A stretch of 64,000 nucleotides of DNA, from assembly GCA_033345235.1 (NCBI GenBank), contig JAWPOC010000016.1, forward strand, positions 298-64,297. Reading direction: 5' to 3'. A program made the translations under genes and the position numbers. The notes under the pieces are model-generated. The model was not told the origin of the DNA, did not search any database, and worked only from the letters and a program-made list of their open reading frames with translations. Shown here piece after piece: positions 9,796-19,992 of the stretch; the first letter of the stretch is position 1, and each line of letters begins with the position of its first letter. Origin of the DNA: Alphaproteobacteria bacterium. GTDB lineage: Bacteria > Pseudomonadota > Alphaproteobacteria > Rs-D84.

Positions 9796-10962
9796 TTAAT
9801 CTATCGTTATCAATGTTTCATTCTTGCCGAGATCAGGGTTATAAAACATTGTTCGGATTGGATTTGGTTTTTCGCCAACAAAGTGGTTTATCGCCTCTGG
9901 TGGTACTAAATTCACATAACACATCTGTTCATTCCCCGATGCGTTCACAAACTTAAAGTGCATGGCTGGATCACTGGTCTTGGACGCATATAATGGATAG
10001 CTGTACTTTTCCCCGTTTTCCCCAGGCAGCGCAACATGCAGGCGCAATTTCTTGTCACCGTTTTCGCAATAGCCGTTCGTTGAACAACGACCTGAATTTG
10101 TATAAACTTCGCCCGCGTTTTCACACAATACACCACATACCATTAATTTTTCGAACGTTACTGGATTCCATGTTTCAGAATTTTCCATATAATCTATGTC
10201 AGACGCAGTGATATCTTTGCAGTCTGTGTTTACTTTGAATTTCTTGTACCCCCCAGATGTATCACAAATCGCACGTTCTGGACGCGCAAAAGGCTGATAA
10301 TCACTGGCAACACCACGCAATTCAACACGATAATAATGTTCTGAATTTTTCGAGCATTTTGTTTCTTTCATTGTCTTGAACGTGCCAATCTCAGACCCAA
10401 TATACATCAATGTCCCGTTATAGCGCGGATAAATCATATCATCCGTCGATTCTGTATATTTGTATCGTGAATACGTTCCCAGACATACTGGCTCTACTTG
10501 CTCTAAGGCCATAAATGACGCACTTTCTGCGACTGTTTTATAGTGGTTTTCTTTACAATTTTTTTGCCCAGATGCATATGTAATACATTCGCCATTAAAA
10601 TGATACGACCCAAACGGACATGTTGGCGCATAAGATGATACTTTATAAAACGTCCCACGCGATGGAATTTTAACCAATAATGACGTGTCATACGAATATA
10701 ATGAATATGTACCCCAACAAGGTAAATTAGCAGCTTCTTTGCCACGAAATGTGCTGGCTTCGGTTTGTACACGATATGTTTGTTGCGCGCCGTTAATCTT
10801 TGGACATCTGGCGTCTTGGATCGATAAAGATATGCATTTTCCATCCAGATGGTAATACCCAAATGGACATGTTGCACCGCTGTGCGCCAAATCCATCAAA
10901 TACGCTGCGTGCGCGTCGCAAATTAAAAATATTCCGGATAAAAATAATATACTCTTTGTCAT
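9796..10962 (-). CDS. Cys-rich secreted repeat protein
   Basis: Signal peptide from MTKSILF; two CPFGxYHxxGxCI repeats. The tracked N-terminal extension to 11223 reads through the RNA leader and is probably spurious. Confidence 0.8.
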   Translation of the reverse strand: MTKSILFLSGIFLICDAHAAYLMDLAHSGATCPFGYYHLDGKCISLSIQDARCPKINGAQQTYRVQTEASTFRGKEAANLPCWGTYSLYSYDTSLLVKIPSRGTFYKVSSYAPTCPFGSYHFNGECITYASGQKNCKENHYKTVAESASFMALEQVEPVCLGTYSRYKYTESTDDMIYPRYNGTLMYIGSEIGTFKTMKETKCSKNSEHYYRVELRGVASDYQPFARPERAICDTSGGYKKFKVNTDCKDITASDIDYMENSETWNPVTFEKLMVCGVLCENAGEVYTNSGRCSTNGYCENGDKKLRLHVALPGENGEKYSYPLYASKTSDPAMHFKFVNASGNEQMCYVNLVPPEAINHFVGEKPNPIRTMFYNPDLGKNETLITID

Positions 10963-10981
10963 CCCCATCCTGTTGGCTCTC

Positions 10982-11192
10982 AAAACAAAACCACCATACA
11001 AAACAGTGGTCAGGAGGTTCAGAACAATCATACGAATTGTGTGCTTATTCAATATATTCGCAGCCCTCCTGACCAAATTGGTCAGGAGATTTTTCATCTG
11101 AGTATAAAAAACACGCCCAACGGCGCGGAAATTTCTTTCCCAGACGCGTATGCACGGGTTCTGACACCCCATCATCAGATAACCCTGATGAC
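10982..11192 (-). ncRNA. C4/CI-like antisense RNA leader, copy 2 (core 11007..11074)
   Basis: Core is 62/68 identical to copy 1; loop CGTATG and bulge GTTCTGA match upstream CATACG and TCAGAAC. Confidence 0.8.
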
Positions 11193-11199
11193 AAAAAAC

Positions 11200-11227
11200 A
11201 TTATAACTGATATGAAAATTCAATCAA
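11200..11227 (-). promoter_or_regulatory. sigma70-type promoter of leader copy 2
   Basis: TTGATT-16 bp-TATAAT. Confidence 0.65.
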
Positions 11228-11288
11228 GTGGTTTCTTTATCGTAACTAGAACATCGACCACTAAAAAAATGCCCCGATGGGCATTTTT

Positions 11289-12377
<1,089 letters not shown>

Positions 12378-12441
12378 TCACATAGGTTAAAAAATCAAGG
12401 CTGACTTCGATAAAAATATTTGATTTATTTTATATTATGCT

Positions 12442-12801
12442 ATGATAAATACCACTATGATACGAGATACAATTAAAAAACATGACGATTTTGCAATGGA
12501 CGAAGACGATCCTATCGCAAAAAGCCGATATTTCTTAATTCGCGCCAAGGTAACAAAATTCCCACGCGACGCACGTTATGGCTTAATCGTCACAAAGAAA
12601 ACTTTTAAACACGCCGTCGATAGAAACCGCGCAAAACGTTTGCTGCGTGATTGGATTGCTTTTAACGAAAATCTGATGCGCAGAGATTGGGATTATGTCT
12701 TTATCGCCAGACGTGCCATATTGGACGCAACACGAACCGAAGGACGAACCGCAATTAAAAAAGCCTTGGATTTCTTGCGTAGACAGAATATTTATGTGTA
12801 A
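12442..12801 (+). CDS. rnpA: ribonuclease P protein component
   Basis: KK...[12 protein letters not shown] (RNR motif); followed by yidD. Start may be 12457. Confidence 0.9.
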   Translation: MINTTMIRDTIKKHDDFAMDEDDPIAKSRYFLIRAKVTKFPRDARYGLIVTKKTFKHAVDRNRAKRLLRDWIAFNENLMRRDWDYVFIARRAILDATRTEGRTAIKKALDFLRRQNIYV

Positions 12802-13030
12802 AAAAAATAATCTATCACAAAAAATCGCTGTGAAAATGGTGCGAATGTACCAGATTTGTATTTCACCCTTTATCGGGGGCAGGGCAGCATGCAGATTTAC
12901 ACCAACCTGCAGCGAATATACTGTACAAGCAATACAAAAATATGGCGCAATACGCGGAATATGGCTGGGAATAAAAAGAATCAGCCGCTGCAGACCAAAC
13001 GGTGGTTGCGGTTATGACCCTGTGCCTTGA
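12794..13030 (+). CDS. yidD: membrane protein insertion efficiency factor YidD
   Basis: [20 protein letters not shown]...GYDPVP. Confidence 0.93.
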   Translation: MCKKNNLSQKIAVKMVRMYQICISPFIGGRAACRFTPTCSEYTVQAIQKYGAIRGIWLGIKRISRCRPNGGCGYDPVP

Positions 13031-13092
13031 CAATGTATTTGAATATGGTACACTAGTAAATAATGTTATAGATTTTAAATAAAGGATAAAAA

Positions 13093-13536
13093 ATGTCTTT
13101 TCGTGCAACCGTTGAATCTATGTCAAAAATCATGGATGATATGGGGATAACAGAACTGGAACTGGAACGTCAATTCTTGTTTGGAATGTATCGTAAACAT
13201 ATACATTTATCAAAACAAAAAGCTGCTGCGGTCGCTGTAACAACAGGCGCAACAGAACATAAAATTCATTCTATCGGCACAACAACACAACCACAAATTA
13301 ACGGCCATACGTTGAATTCACCAATGGTTGGTGTGGTGTATCTGGCCCCAGAACCAGGCGCAGATACTTTTGTTACTGTGGGCGCATCTGTCAAGGCAGG
13401 GGATACAGTCGCATTGGTCGAAGCAATGAAAACTTTTAATCCAATCAAATCTGACAAAGACGGCGTTGTCAAAGAAATACTGGTATCTGATGGCGCAGCT
13501 GTTGAATTTGATCAACCATTGATAATAATCGAATAA
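13093..13536 (+). CDS. accB: biotin carboxyl carrier protein
   Basis: SPMVG, EAMK biotinylation motif. Confidence 0.95.
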   Translation: MSFRATVESMSKIMDDMGITELELERQFLFGMYRKHIHLSKQKAAAVAVTTGATEHKIHSIGTTTQPQINGHTLNSPMVGVVYLAPEPGADTFVTVGASVKAGDTVALVEAMKTFNPIKSDKDGVVKEILVSDGAAVEFDQPLIIIE

Positions 13537-13539
13537 TAA

Positions 13540-14886
13540 ATGTCTCAGATAAAAAAAGTATTAATTGCAAATCGCGGTGAAATTGCACTGCGTATCATTC
13601 GCGCATGTCGCGATATGGGCATCAGGACTGTGGCGGTATATTCAACCGCAGATAAAAACTCGCTGCACGTACAATTGGCTGATGAATCTGTATGTATTGG
13701 GCCGGCAGCTGCACGCGATTCTTATTTAAACGAATCCGCAATATTAACTGCGGCGTTACTGACAAATTCAGACGCGATTCATCCAGGATACGGCTTTCTG
13801 TCCGAACGCGCAGACTTTGCACACAAGGTTGAACAACATGGTATGATTTGGATTGGGCCTGCACCTGATATGATTACTAAGATGGGCGACAAGGTTAATG
13901 CAAAAAAAACCGCAATTGAATGTGGATTACCTGTTGTACCTGGGTCTGATGGCGCGGTTGAAACAGTCGAACAGGCGCTGGATATCGCAGAAAAAATTGG
14001 CTATCCCGTTATGCTAAAAGCGGCCGCAGGTGGCGGTGGACGCGGCATGCGCGCTGTGATGAATGCATCAGAAATGACAGAGGCGTTCCAACTGACCAAG
14101 AAGGAATCTGGGACGGCATTCGGTGATGATACACTGTATATGGAAAAGTTGCTGCAACACCCACGTCATATCGAATTCCAAATACTGGGTGATAAACATG
14201 GCAACGTTGTGGTGTTTGGTGAACGTGACTGTTCGTTACAAAGACGAAATCAAAAGGTTATGGAAGAATGTCCGGCCGCAATATTATCACAAAAACAACG
14301 TGATGATATGATTGAAGTCTGCAAATCTGCCGCCAAGAAAATGAAGTACACAAATGCCGGTACTTTTGAGTTTATGTTCGAAGATGATAAATTCTATTTC
14401 TTGGAAATGAATACACGTCTGCAGGTCGAACACCCTGTAACAGAAATGGTGTACGGAATTGACTTGGTTCGCGAACAAATCAGAATTGCTGCTGGGGAAA
14501 AACTGGGGTACAACCAATCAAATATTATACCAAATGGACATGCAATCGAATTTCGTATCAATGCCGAAGATCCTGAAACCTTTGTTCCAAACCCTGGGCA
14601 GATTACATTGTATGCGCCGTCTGGGGGACTGGGGGTTCGTGTGGACAGTGCAGTATACACAGGATACACAATTCCACCAACATACGATTCAATGATTGCA
14701 AAATTAATTGTGCATGCACAAAACAGACCTGCGTGTATCATGCGCGCAGCACGTGCATTAGATGAATTCGTTATCGAAGGTGTAAAAACAACTATTCCTT
14801 TGCAACAAAAATTGCTGGGGAACAAGGATGTCAAACAATTAAACTTTGACAATCATTGGTTGGAAGAATTCTTGAAAAAAGATTAA
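13540..14886 (+). CDS. accC: biotin carboxylase
   Basis: ANRGEIA, HPGYGFLSE, EMNTRLQVEHPVTE. Confidence 0.97.
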   Translation: MSQIKKVLIANRGEIALRIIRACRDMGIRTVAVYSTADKNSLHVQLADESVCIGPAAARDSYLNESAILTAALLTNSDAIHPGYGFLSERADFAHKVEQHGMIWIGPAPDMITKMGDKVNAKKTAIECGLPVVPGSDGAVETVEQALDIAEKIGYPVMLKAAAGGGGRGMRAVMNASEMTEAFQLTKKESGTAFGDDTLYMEKLLQHPRHIEFQILGDKHGNVVVFGERDCSLQRRNQKVMEECPAAILSQKQRDDMIEVCKSAAKKMKYTNAGTFEFMFEDDKFYFLEMNTRLQVEHPVTEMVYGIDLVREQIRIAAGEKLGYNQSNIIPNGHAIEFRINAEDPETFVPNPGQITLYAPSGGLGVRVDSAVYTGYTIPPTYDSMIAKLIVHAQNRPACIMRAARALDEFVIEGVKTTIPLQQKLLGNKDVKQLNFDNHWLEEFLKKD

Positions 14887-14911
14887 AAAAAGCCGGTAAA
14901 TACCGGTTTTT

Positions 14912-15097
14912 TTATATTGAATATAATGCATGTCGCGTGTCATTCATAAAAACAACCAGATAAAAATTTGATAGATATTTTCCATACGCAACAAAGTGCC
15001 TATATTCGCCTTCGGTCATATTTAATATATTACAAACATCAGTTATCGACAGTCCGCGTTTAATTCTTATTTGTTCGATTTCTTGTCCCAGACGCAT
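14912..15097 (-). CDS. small XRE-like helix-turn-helix protein
   Basis: MRLGQEIEQIRIKRGLSITDVCNILNMTEGEY; GGAG SD before ATG at 15097. Confidence 0.75.
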   Translation of the reverse strand: MRLGQEIEQIRIKRGLSITDVCNILNMTEGEYRHFVAYGKYLSNFYLVVFMNDTRHALYSI

Positions 15098-15112
15098 AGC
15101 TAACTCCATAAA

Positions 15113-15286
15113 TAAAATAACCACCTGAAAATAGGGTGGTTGGAGGTTAGCATTCGTATAACAACATACTCAGCGACTATTCAATGTATTCATCGCCCTC
15201 CAACCATCGGGTTGGAGCATTTAACGTCTGCGCAGACGGTTGTTACCGAGAATGCTAATTCTCGCATAATAGGCACCCTATTACAA
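15113..15286 (-). ncRNA. C4/CI-like antisense RNA leader, copy 3 (core 15137..15205)
   Basis: Helix GGTTGGAGG/CCTCCAACC(A); GAATGCTAA and GTTGTTA are complementary to upstream TTAGCATTC and TAACAAC. Confidence 0.8.
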
Positions 15287-15291
15287 CGAGT

Positions 15292-15343
15292 ATTATAACC
15301 TATAACCAAGTCTTTTCAATATGATTTTCATATTCGAATATGA
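15292..15343 (-). promoter_or_regulatory. promoter of copy 3 with overlapping palindromic operator
   Basis: TTGAAA-16-TATAAT; AATATGA-ttt-TCATATT (15318-15334) and perfect palindrome TCATATTCGAATATGA (15328-15343). Confidence 0.6.
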
Positions 15344-15363
15344 CTTTTTTCTTATTTTATAGG

Positions 15364-15537
15364 TAAAAAAACAACCATCAAAATAGGATGGTTGGAGGTT
15401 AGTACTTTGCACAGCAACATGCTCAGCGACTATTCAATATATTTGTCGCCCTCCAACCACGGGTTGGAGCATTTAACGCCTGCGCAGACGGTCACTGGCG
15501 AGAGTACTAATCTCGCATAATAGGCACCCTATTACAA
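15364..15537 (-). ncRNA. C4/CI-like antisense RNA leader, copy 4 (core 15389..15458), with no ORF of its own
   Basis: Tandem diverged duplicate of copy 3. AGTACTAA/TTAGTACT and GTTGCTG/CAGTGAC (two G-U) pairings; own promoter TTGCAA-16-TATAAT at 15543-15570. Confidence 0.8.
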
Positions 15538-15608
15538 TCGGTATTATAACCTATATAATTGTTCTTGCAATAATAAATATAAAAAACACCGGCATTTACC
15601 GGCTTTTT

Positions 15609-17255
15609 TTAACAATTTTTTATGCGACGCAAAACAACCATTATACCGGCAGGCGTCATTCCAGATATACGTGACAAGTCAGCAATATTTTCTGGGCGCG
15701 TGGCGTTTAATTTTTCAATTAACTCATTCGTAAGCCCCGGCAGACCATCATACACAAAACCATTTGGTATCTTTAACGCTGCGTCACGTTTATATGCCGC
15801 AATTTCACGTTCATTTCGCGCGATATAGCCGGCATAAAAGTTATCATTTGCGGTTATAACATCTTGTCTGCTTTGTAATCTTTGTTCATACAGTTTTTGT
15901 GATATTAACCCTAGTTCAACACCTGTTGCCCCCAGTCTGGCAATTGCGTTATCTGCACGCAATTTTAATCGATATTCTGAACGCGATGTAAACATACGAT
16001 ATGGTTCATCAACACCCAACGTCGTTATATCGTCAATCAAAACACCAATCATTGAATTTGTTCTGTCCAAGACCAATGGTTCTAACCCCAATGCATACGC
16101 TGCTGCATTTGCACCTGCGACCAGACCTTGGGCAGCCGCTTCTTCATAGCCAGACGTACCATTGATTTGACCGGCAAAAAACATATATGCAATGTCTTTG
16201 GATTGTAATTTATCATTTAATGCACGTGCATCAATTGCATCATATTCAATCGCATATCCATAACGAACAATTTCTGCGTTTTCTAGTCCCGGGATTGTAC
16301 GAATCCATATATCTTGAATATCTGAACCAAAGCTGGTCGAAATGCCGTTCGGATAAATTAAATCACTGGTATAACCTTCGGGTTCCAGGAAAACATGATG
16401 TGATAAATGTTGCGGGAAACGCATTACTTTATCTTCTAGACTAGGACAATATCTGGGGCCTGTTCCCGTAATGTCACCATTGTACATTGGTGCGTTTTTT
16501 ATATGTTCACGAATTATTTCATGAGTCCGCTCTGTCGTGTGAGTGATATAGCACACACTGTCATAATTATTATTTTCATCACCATCTGCAAACCAATCGT
16601 GCGGTGTGTCCCCAGGCTGAATTTCACAAACACTAAAATCAATAGATGAACGTTTAATTCGTGCAGGTGTGCCTGTTTTCAAGCGCAAAATTTTAAACCC
16701 ATTTTCACGCAATACATTTGATATGTTTTTATCAGGCGACTGATACGTACCGTCATCTTGCAGGCGACCAGATGGTATTTTTTCATTTCCACGTGTCACA
16801 ACGCCTGATAAAAATGTTCCCGTAGTTAAAACAATTGCACCCGCCAAATATTTATTGTTTATTGTTTTGTTTTTTATATCCAACGTTTCAACCGGTTCAA
16901 ATACAACGTCCAGATTTTTTTGTTCTGATAAAATTTTAACAATTGCGTTGTGATATAAATCCCTATCAATCTGCGCACGCAATGCCTGAGTTGCCGCACC
17001 ATGTGTTGCATTTAATGTCCGCCAATGAATACCTGACGCATCTGCTGCACACCCCATAACACCACCCAGTGCAGTTATTTCCGCAACCATTTGTGATTTA
17101 CCAGGGCCACCAATACTGGGGTTACAAGATAGCGCCCCCAGGTCTGATTCTGCCTGAGTTAATAACAATGTTTTTGCACCACGACGAGCAGACGCAGACG
17201 CCGCTTCGACACCTGCATGACCACCACCAATAACAATCACATCATAAGTTTGCAT
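15609..17255 (-). CDS. mnmG: tRNA uridine-5-carboxymethylaminomethyl modification enzyme
   Basis: GGGHAG.EA, SCNPSIGG, GPRYCPS.EDK, AGQINGTSGYEEAAAQG. Confidence 0.97.
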   Translation of the reverse strand: MQTYDVIVIGGGHAGVEAASASARRGAKTLLLTQAESDLGALSCNPSIGGPGKSQMVAEITALGGVMGCAADASGIHWRTLNATHGAATQALRAQIDRDLYHNAIVKILSEQKNLDVVFEPVETLDIKNKTINNKYLAGAIVLTTGTFLSGVVTRGNEKIPSGRLQDDGTYQSPDKNISNVLRENGFKILRLKTGTPARIKRSSIDFSVCEIQPGDTPHDWFADGDENNNYDSVCYITHTTERTHEIIREHIKNAPMYNGDITGTGPRYCPSLEDKVMRFPQHLSHHVFLEPEGYTSDLIYPNGISTSFGSDIQDIWIRTIPGLENAEIVRYGYAIEYDAIDARALNDKLQSKDIAYMFFAGQINGTSGYEEAAAQGLVAGANAAAYALGLEPLVLDRTNSMIGVLIDDITTLGVDEPYRMFTSRSEYRLKLRADNAIARLGATGVELGLISQKLYEQRLQSRQDVITANDNFYAGYIARNEREIAAYKRDAALKIPNGFVYDGLPGLTNELIEKLNATRPENIADLSRISGMTPAGIMVVLRRIKNC

Positions 17256-17983
17256 TAAAAACGACCCATTCCACCATTAACGTGTAAAACCTGACCATTT
17301 ATATAAGACGCTTCATCAGATGCCAAGAACACACATGCGTTTGCAATATCTTCTGGTTCACCAAAACGACCAGATGGGATTTGTGCCAAATACGTCTTTT
17401 TCAGTTCTTCTGGCAAAACATCTGTCATCGGGGTTTTTATAAACCCAGGCGCAATTGCGTTGGCTGTAATGCCACGTGACGCAACCTCTGCCGCGATGGA
17501 TTTAGTCATCGCAATCATACCGCCTTTGGATGCAGCATAATTAGATTGCCCAGGACCACCAATCGCACCAATAATTGATGCCATATTTATAATTCTGCCA
17601 AAACGATTCTTCATCATTGGCATAATTGCCGCACGACACATTTTAAAACAAGAACGCAAATTTGTATTGATAACATCATCAAATTGTTCGTCTGTCATAC
17701 GCATAAGCAACGTATCTTTGGTAATACCTGCGTTATTGATTAAGATATCAATTTTGCCGGCACGTGCAATTGTTTCTGAAACCAATTCAGACGCGCCATT
17801 ATCAGACGCTAAATCACATGGAATCTTGATGTATTCATCATCAAATTCGGCATTCATTTTTTCAATATTGCGACCAGATACAACAACTGTTGCACCGGCT
17901 GCACGCATAGTTTTTGCAATCGCAACACCAATTCCACCTGTGGCACCTGTGATTAAGGCAACACGTCCTGATAAATCAAACAT
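17255..17983 (-). CDS. fabG: 3-oxoacyl-ACP reductase
   Basis: TGATGGIG, NNAGITKD, NYAASK. Confidence 0.95.
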   Translation of the reverse strand: MFDLSGRVALITGATGGIGVAIAKTMRAAGATVVVSGRNIEKMNAEFDDEYIKIPCDLASDNGASELVSETIARAGKIDILINNAGITKDTLLMRMTDEQFDDVINTNLRSCFKMCRAAIMPMMKNRFGRIINMASIIGAIGGPGQSNYAASKGGMIAMTKSIAAEVASRGITANAIAPGFIKTPMTDVLPEELKKTYLAQIPSGRFGEPEDIANACVFLASDEASYINGQVLHVNGGMGRF

Positions 17984-17984
17984 A

Positions 17985-18860
17985 TTATATCTCCAATTTT
18001 TGTGCGGTTATTTTATCTGTTATACGTGAACACAGACCTGTTAAAACAGAACCTGGCCCAATTTCTGTCATAGATGTAATCCCCATTTCAGCCATAGCTA
18101 ATACACTTTCACGCCAACGTACACCATGGGTCATTTGATACACCAACGCAGATTTTATTTCATTAACATCTGTCAATGGTGTGCATGTTTTATTTGATAT
18201 CAATGGCACAGATGGCGCAATCATTTTGACACTTTCCAATGCACGTGCCATTTCTTCGGCCGCAGGCGATTGGATTCTGCAATGCACAGGCACAGATAAT
18301 GCCAACGGCATAGCACGTTTCGCACCACGTTCTTTGGCCATATTCATTGCAACCTCTACCGCTTCTTTGGCGCCAGAAATTACAACCTGACCCGCAGAAT
18401 TATCATTTGCAACATCACAACCTGCCGCATCACATATTTCACGTAACGCATCTATATCCATACCCAACACAACAGCAGTTAAACCATGCCCCACAGGCAC
18501 CGCCGTCTGCATTGCATTACCACGTGCACGCAGTAACTTTGCAGTATCACCAACAGATAATGCACCGGCTGCACACAACGCAGTATATTCACCCAAAGAA
18601 TGTCCCGCAACGTATTCTGGAATCTGAACATTTCCGGCACGCAACATAGCAATAGATGTTGCCATAATTGCAGGCTGAACATTTGCAGTCAGCGTTAATT
18701 CTTCGGCCGGCCCATTAAAAATTATATCAGACAGTTTTTCGCCTAATGCATCGTCTACTTCATCAAAAACAGCACGTGCCGCAGCATTTGTTTCATACAA
18801 TTCTTTGCCCATGCCAACGCTTTGCGCGCCTTGACCTGGGAATACAAATATAGATGACAT
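17985..18860 (-). CDS. fabD: malonyl-CoA-ACP transacylase
   Basis: FPGQGAQ, GHSLGEY, EIGPG. Confidence 0.96.
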   Translation of the reverse strand: MSSIFVFPGQGAQSVGMGKELYETNAAARAVFDEVDDALGEKLSDIIFNGPAEELTLTANVQPAIMATSIAMLRAGNVQIPEYVAGHSLGEYTALCAAGALSVGDTAKLLRARGNAMQTAVPVGHGLTAVVLGMDIDALREICDAAGCDVANDNSAGQVVISGAKEAVEVAMNMAKERGAKRAMPLALSVPVHCRIQSPAAEEMARALESVKMIAPSVPLISNKTCTPLTDVNEIKSALVYQMTHGVRWRESVLAMAEMGITSMTEIGPGSVLTGLCSRITDKITAQKLEI

Positions 18861-18986
18861 ATATAACCTTTTTTTATATTGCTGGTTATATTATAAACCA
18901 TAATAATCTCAATCGCAAATATTAAAGTTATAGACACAATATGTGCGTACCGATATACTTATAAAGAACAAAAAAGAGGTGACCGT

Positions 18987-19421
18987 ATGATTGATAATAA
19001 AGAATTAGATATAAACCATCAAGAAAATGTAACTGTTGTTATGGACGCCGATTTTTCTTTTTTGATGGGGAAAATACCTCTTTGCAAAAATATCACACAA
19101 CGAACAGCACAGGAACTAATTCAAATATTGGCACAATATCCAACACCACAAAAATCATGTCCAAAAGTTCTTGGTGCTTCTTATTCTTCAAAAGTAACCA
19201 ATTGGATAAAATGGAATGAAAAAAGTTATACAAATGAACTTATATTAAATCTGGAAATTGGCAAATGTATGAAATGTCAGAAAAAGACATCAGGCATGAC
19301 ACAACGCGACAAAGAAAAACTGTGCGCAGAAAATATAAAATCTGGAAAATGCCGTGATACAATGGTTTGCAACACAGTTGGAGCCATTTTATTCCCAGAA
19401 TTATATCAAAACCAAAAATAA
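18987..19421 (+). CDS. hypothetical Cys-containing protein
   Basis: 144-aa ORF with GAGG SD, CxxC and further Cys; ends YQNQK. Confidence 0.7.
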   Translation: MIDNKELDINHQENVTVVMDADFSFLMGKIPLCKNITQRTAQELIQILAQYPTPQKSCPKVLGASYSSKVTNWIKWNEKSYTNELILNLEIGKCMKCQKKTSGMTQRDKEKLCAENIKSGKCRDTMVCNTVGAILFPELYQNQK

Positions 19422-19450
19422 AAAAAAATGCCGGTAAATGCCGGCTTTTT

Positions 19451-19990
19451 TTATATCTTTCTGATACTAAATTCACAACCACAATAATTTTGACGGTAAA
19501 ATTCAGACGTGCGATTTATTTGCGTGCGTAATTCTTCGTTCCATTTTATCGGAAAATATTTGATTTCACTGCACGCAGATTGCGCAGATGTATCAACCTG
19601 AGTTTGGCTTTTGTGACGTGAAACACCCAAAACAGATGCAATTGCATTATATCCATTTTCACGTGCAAATTTTTCCGCACGACGAAAACGATATTCAAAA
19701 CAAAGACTGCAACGGGGGCCACGTTCTGGCGCATCTTCATATCCGCGCACCGCGTCACGCCATGCATCATGGTCATATTCCAAAACTGCGTATTTTACAC
19801 CCAATTGTTCACAATACTTTATTTGTTCCTGCATACGTTTTGTGTATTCTGATTCTGGGAAAATATTTGGATTATAAAACAGAACTATAAAGTCAGACAC
19901 GCCCGAAATTTGCCCGTCTGCCAATTGCTTTATCGCACCAGATGAACATGGCGCACAACAAGACAATAAAACAAGGCGTATGTCTGACAT
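19451..19990 (-). CDS. queH: epoxyqueuosine reductase QueH (DUF208)
   Basis: CCAPCS, YNPNI.P, RC..C...R, YRQNYCGCEFS. Confidence 0.93.
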   Translation of the reverse strand: MSDIRLVLLSCCAPCSSGAIKQLADGQISGVSDFIVLFYNPNIFPESEYTKRMQEQIKYCEQLGVKYAVLEYDHDAWRDAVRGYEDAPERGPRCSLCFEYRFRRAEKFARENGYNAIASVLGVSRHKSQTQVDTSAQSACSEIKYFPIKWNEELRTQINRTSEFYRQNYCGCEFSIRKI

Positions 19991-19992
19991 GT

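Noticed and set aside
10963-11223. 87-codon N-terminal extension of ORF 9796..11223
   Set aside because: It begins inside the promoter and crosses the leader and terminator. The signal peptide starts at 10962/10968, and the paralog at 378 starts at the equivalent position.
12442-12801. Functional linkage of rnpA to neighbouring C4-like RNAs
   Set aside because: rnpA-yidD is an ordinary conserved pair; proximity is probably coincidental
15113-15570. Tandem units as a CRISPR array or DGR template/variable repeats
   Set aside because: Only two ~250-bp units, each with a promoter; no repeat-spacer period, cas genes or reverse transcriptase; differences are compensatory rather than confined to A positions
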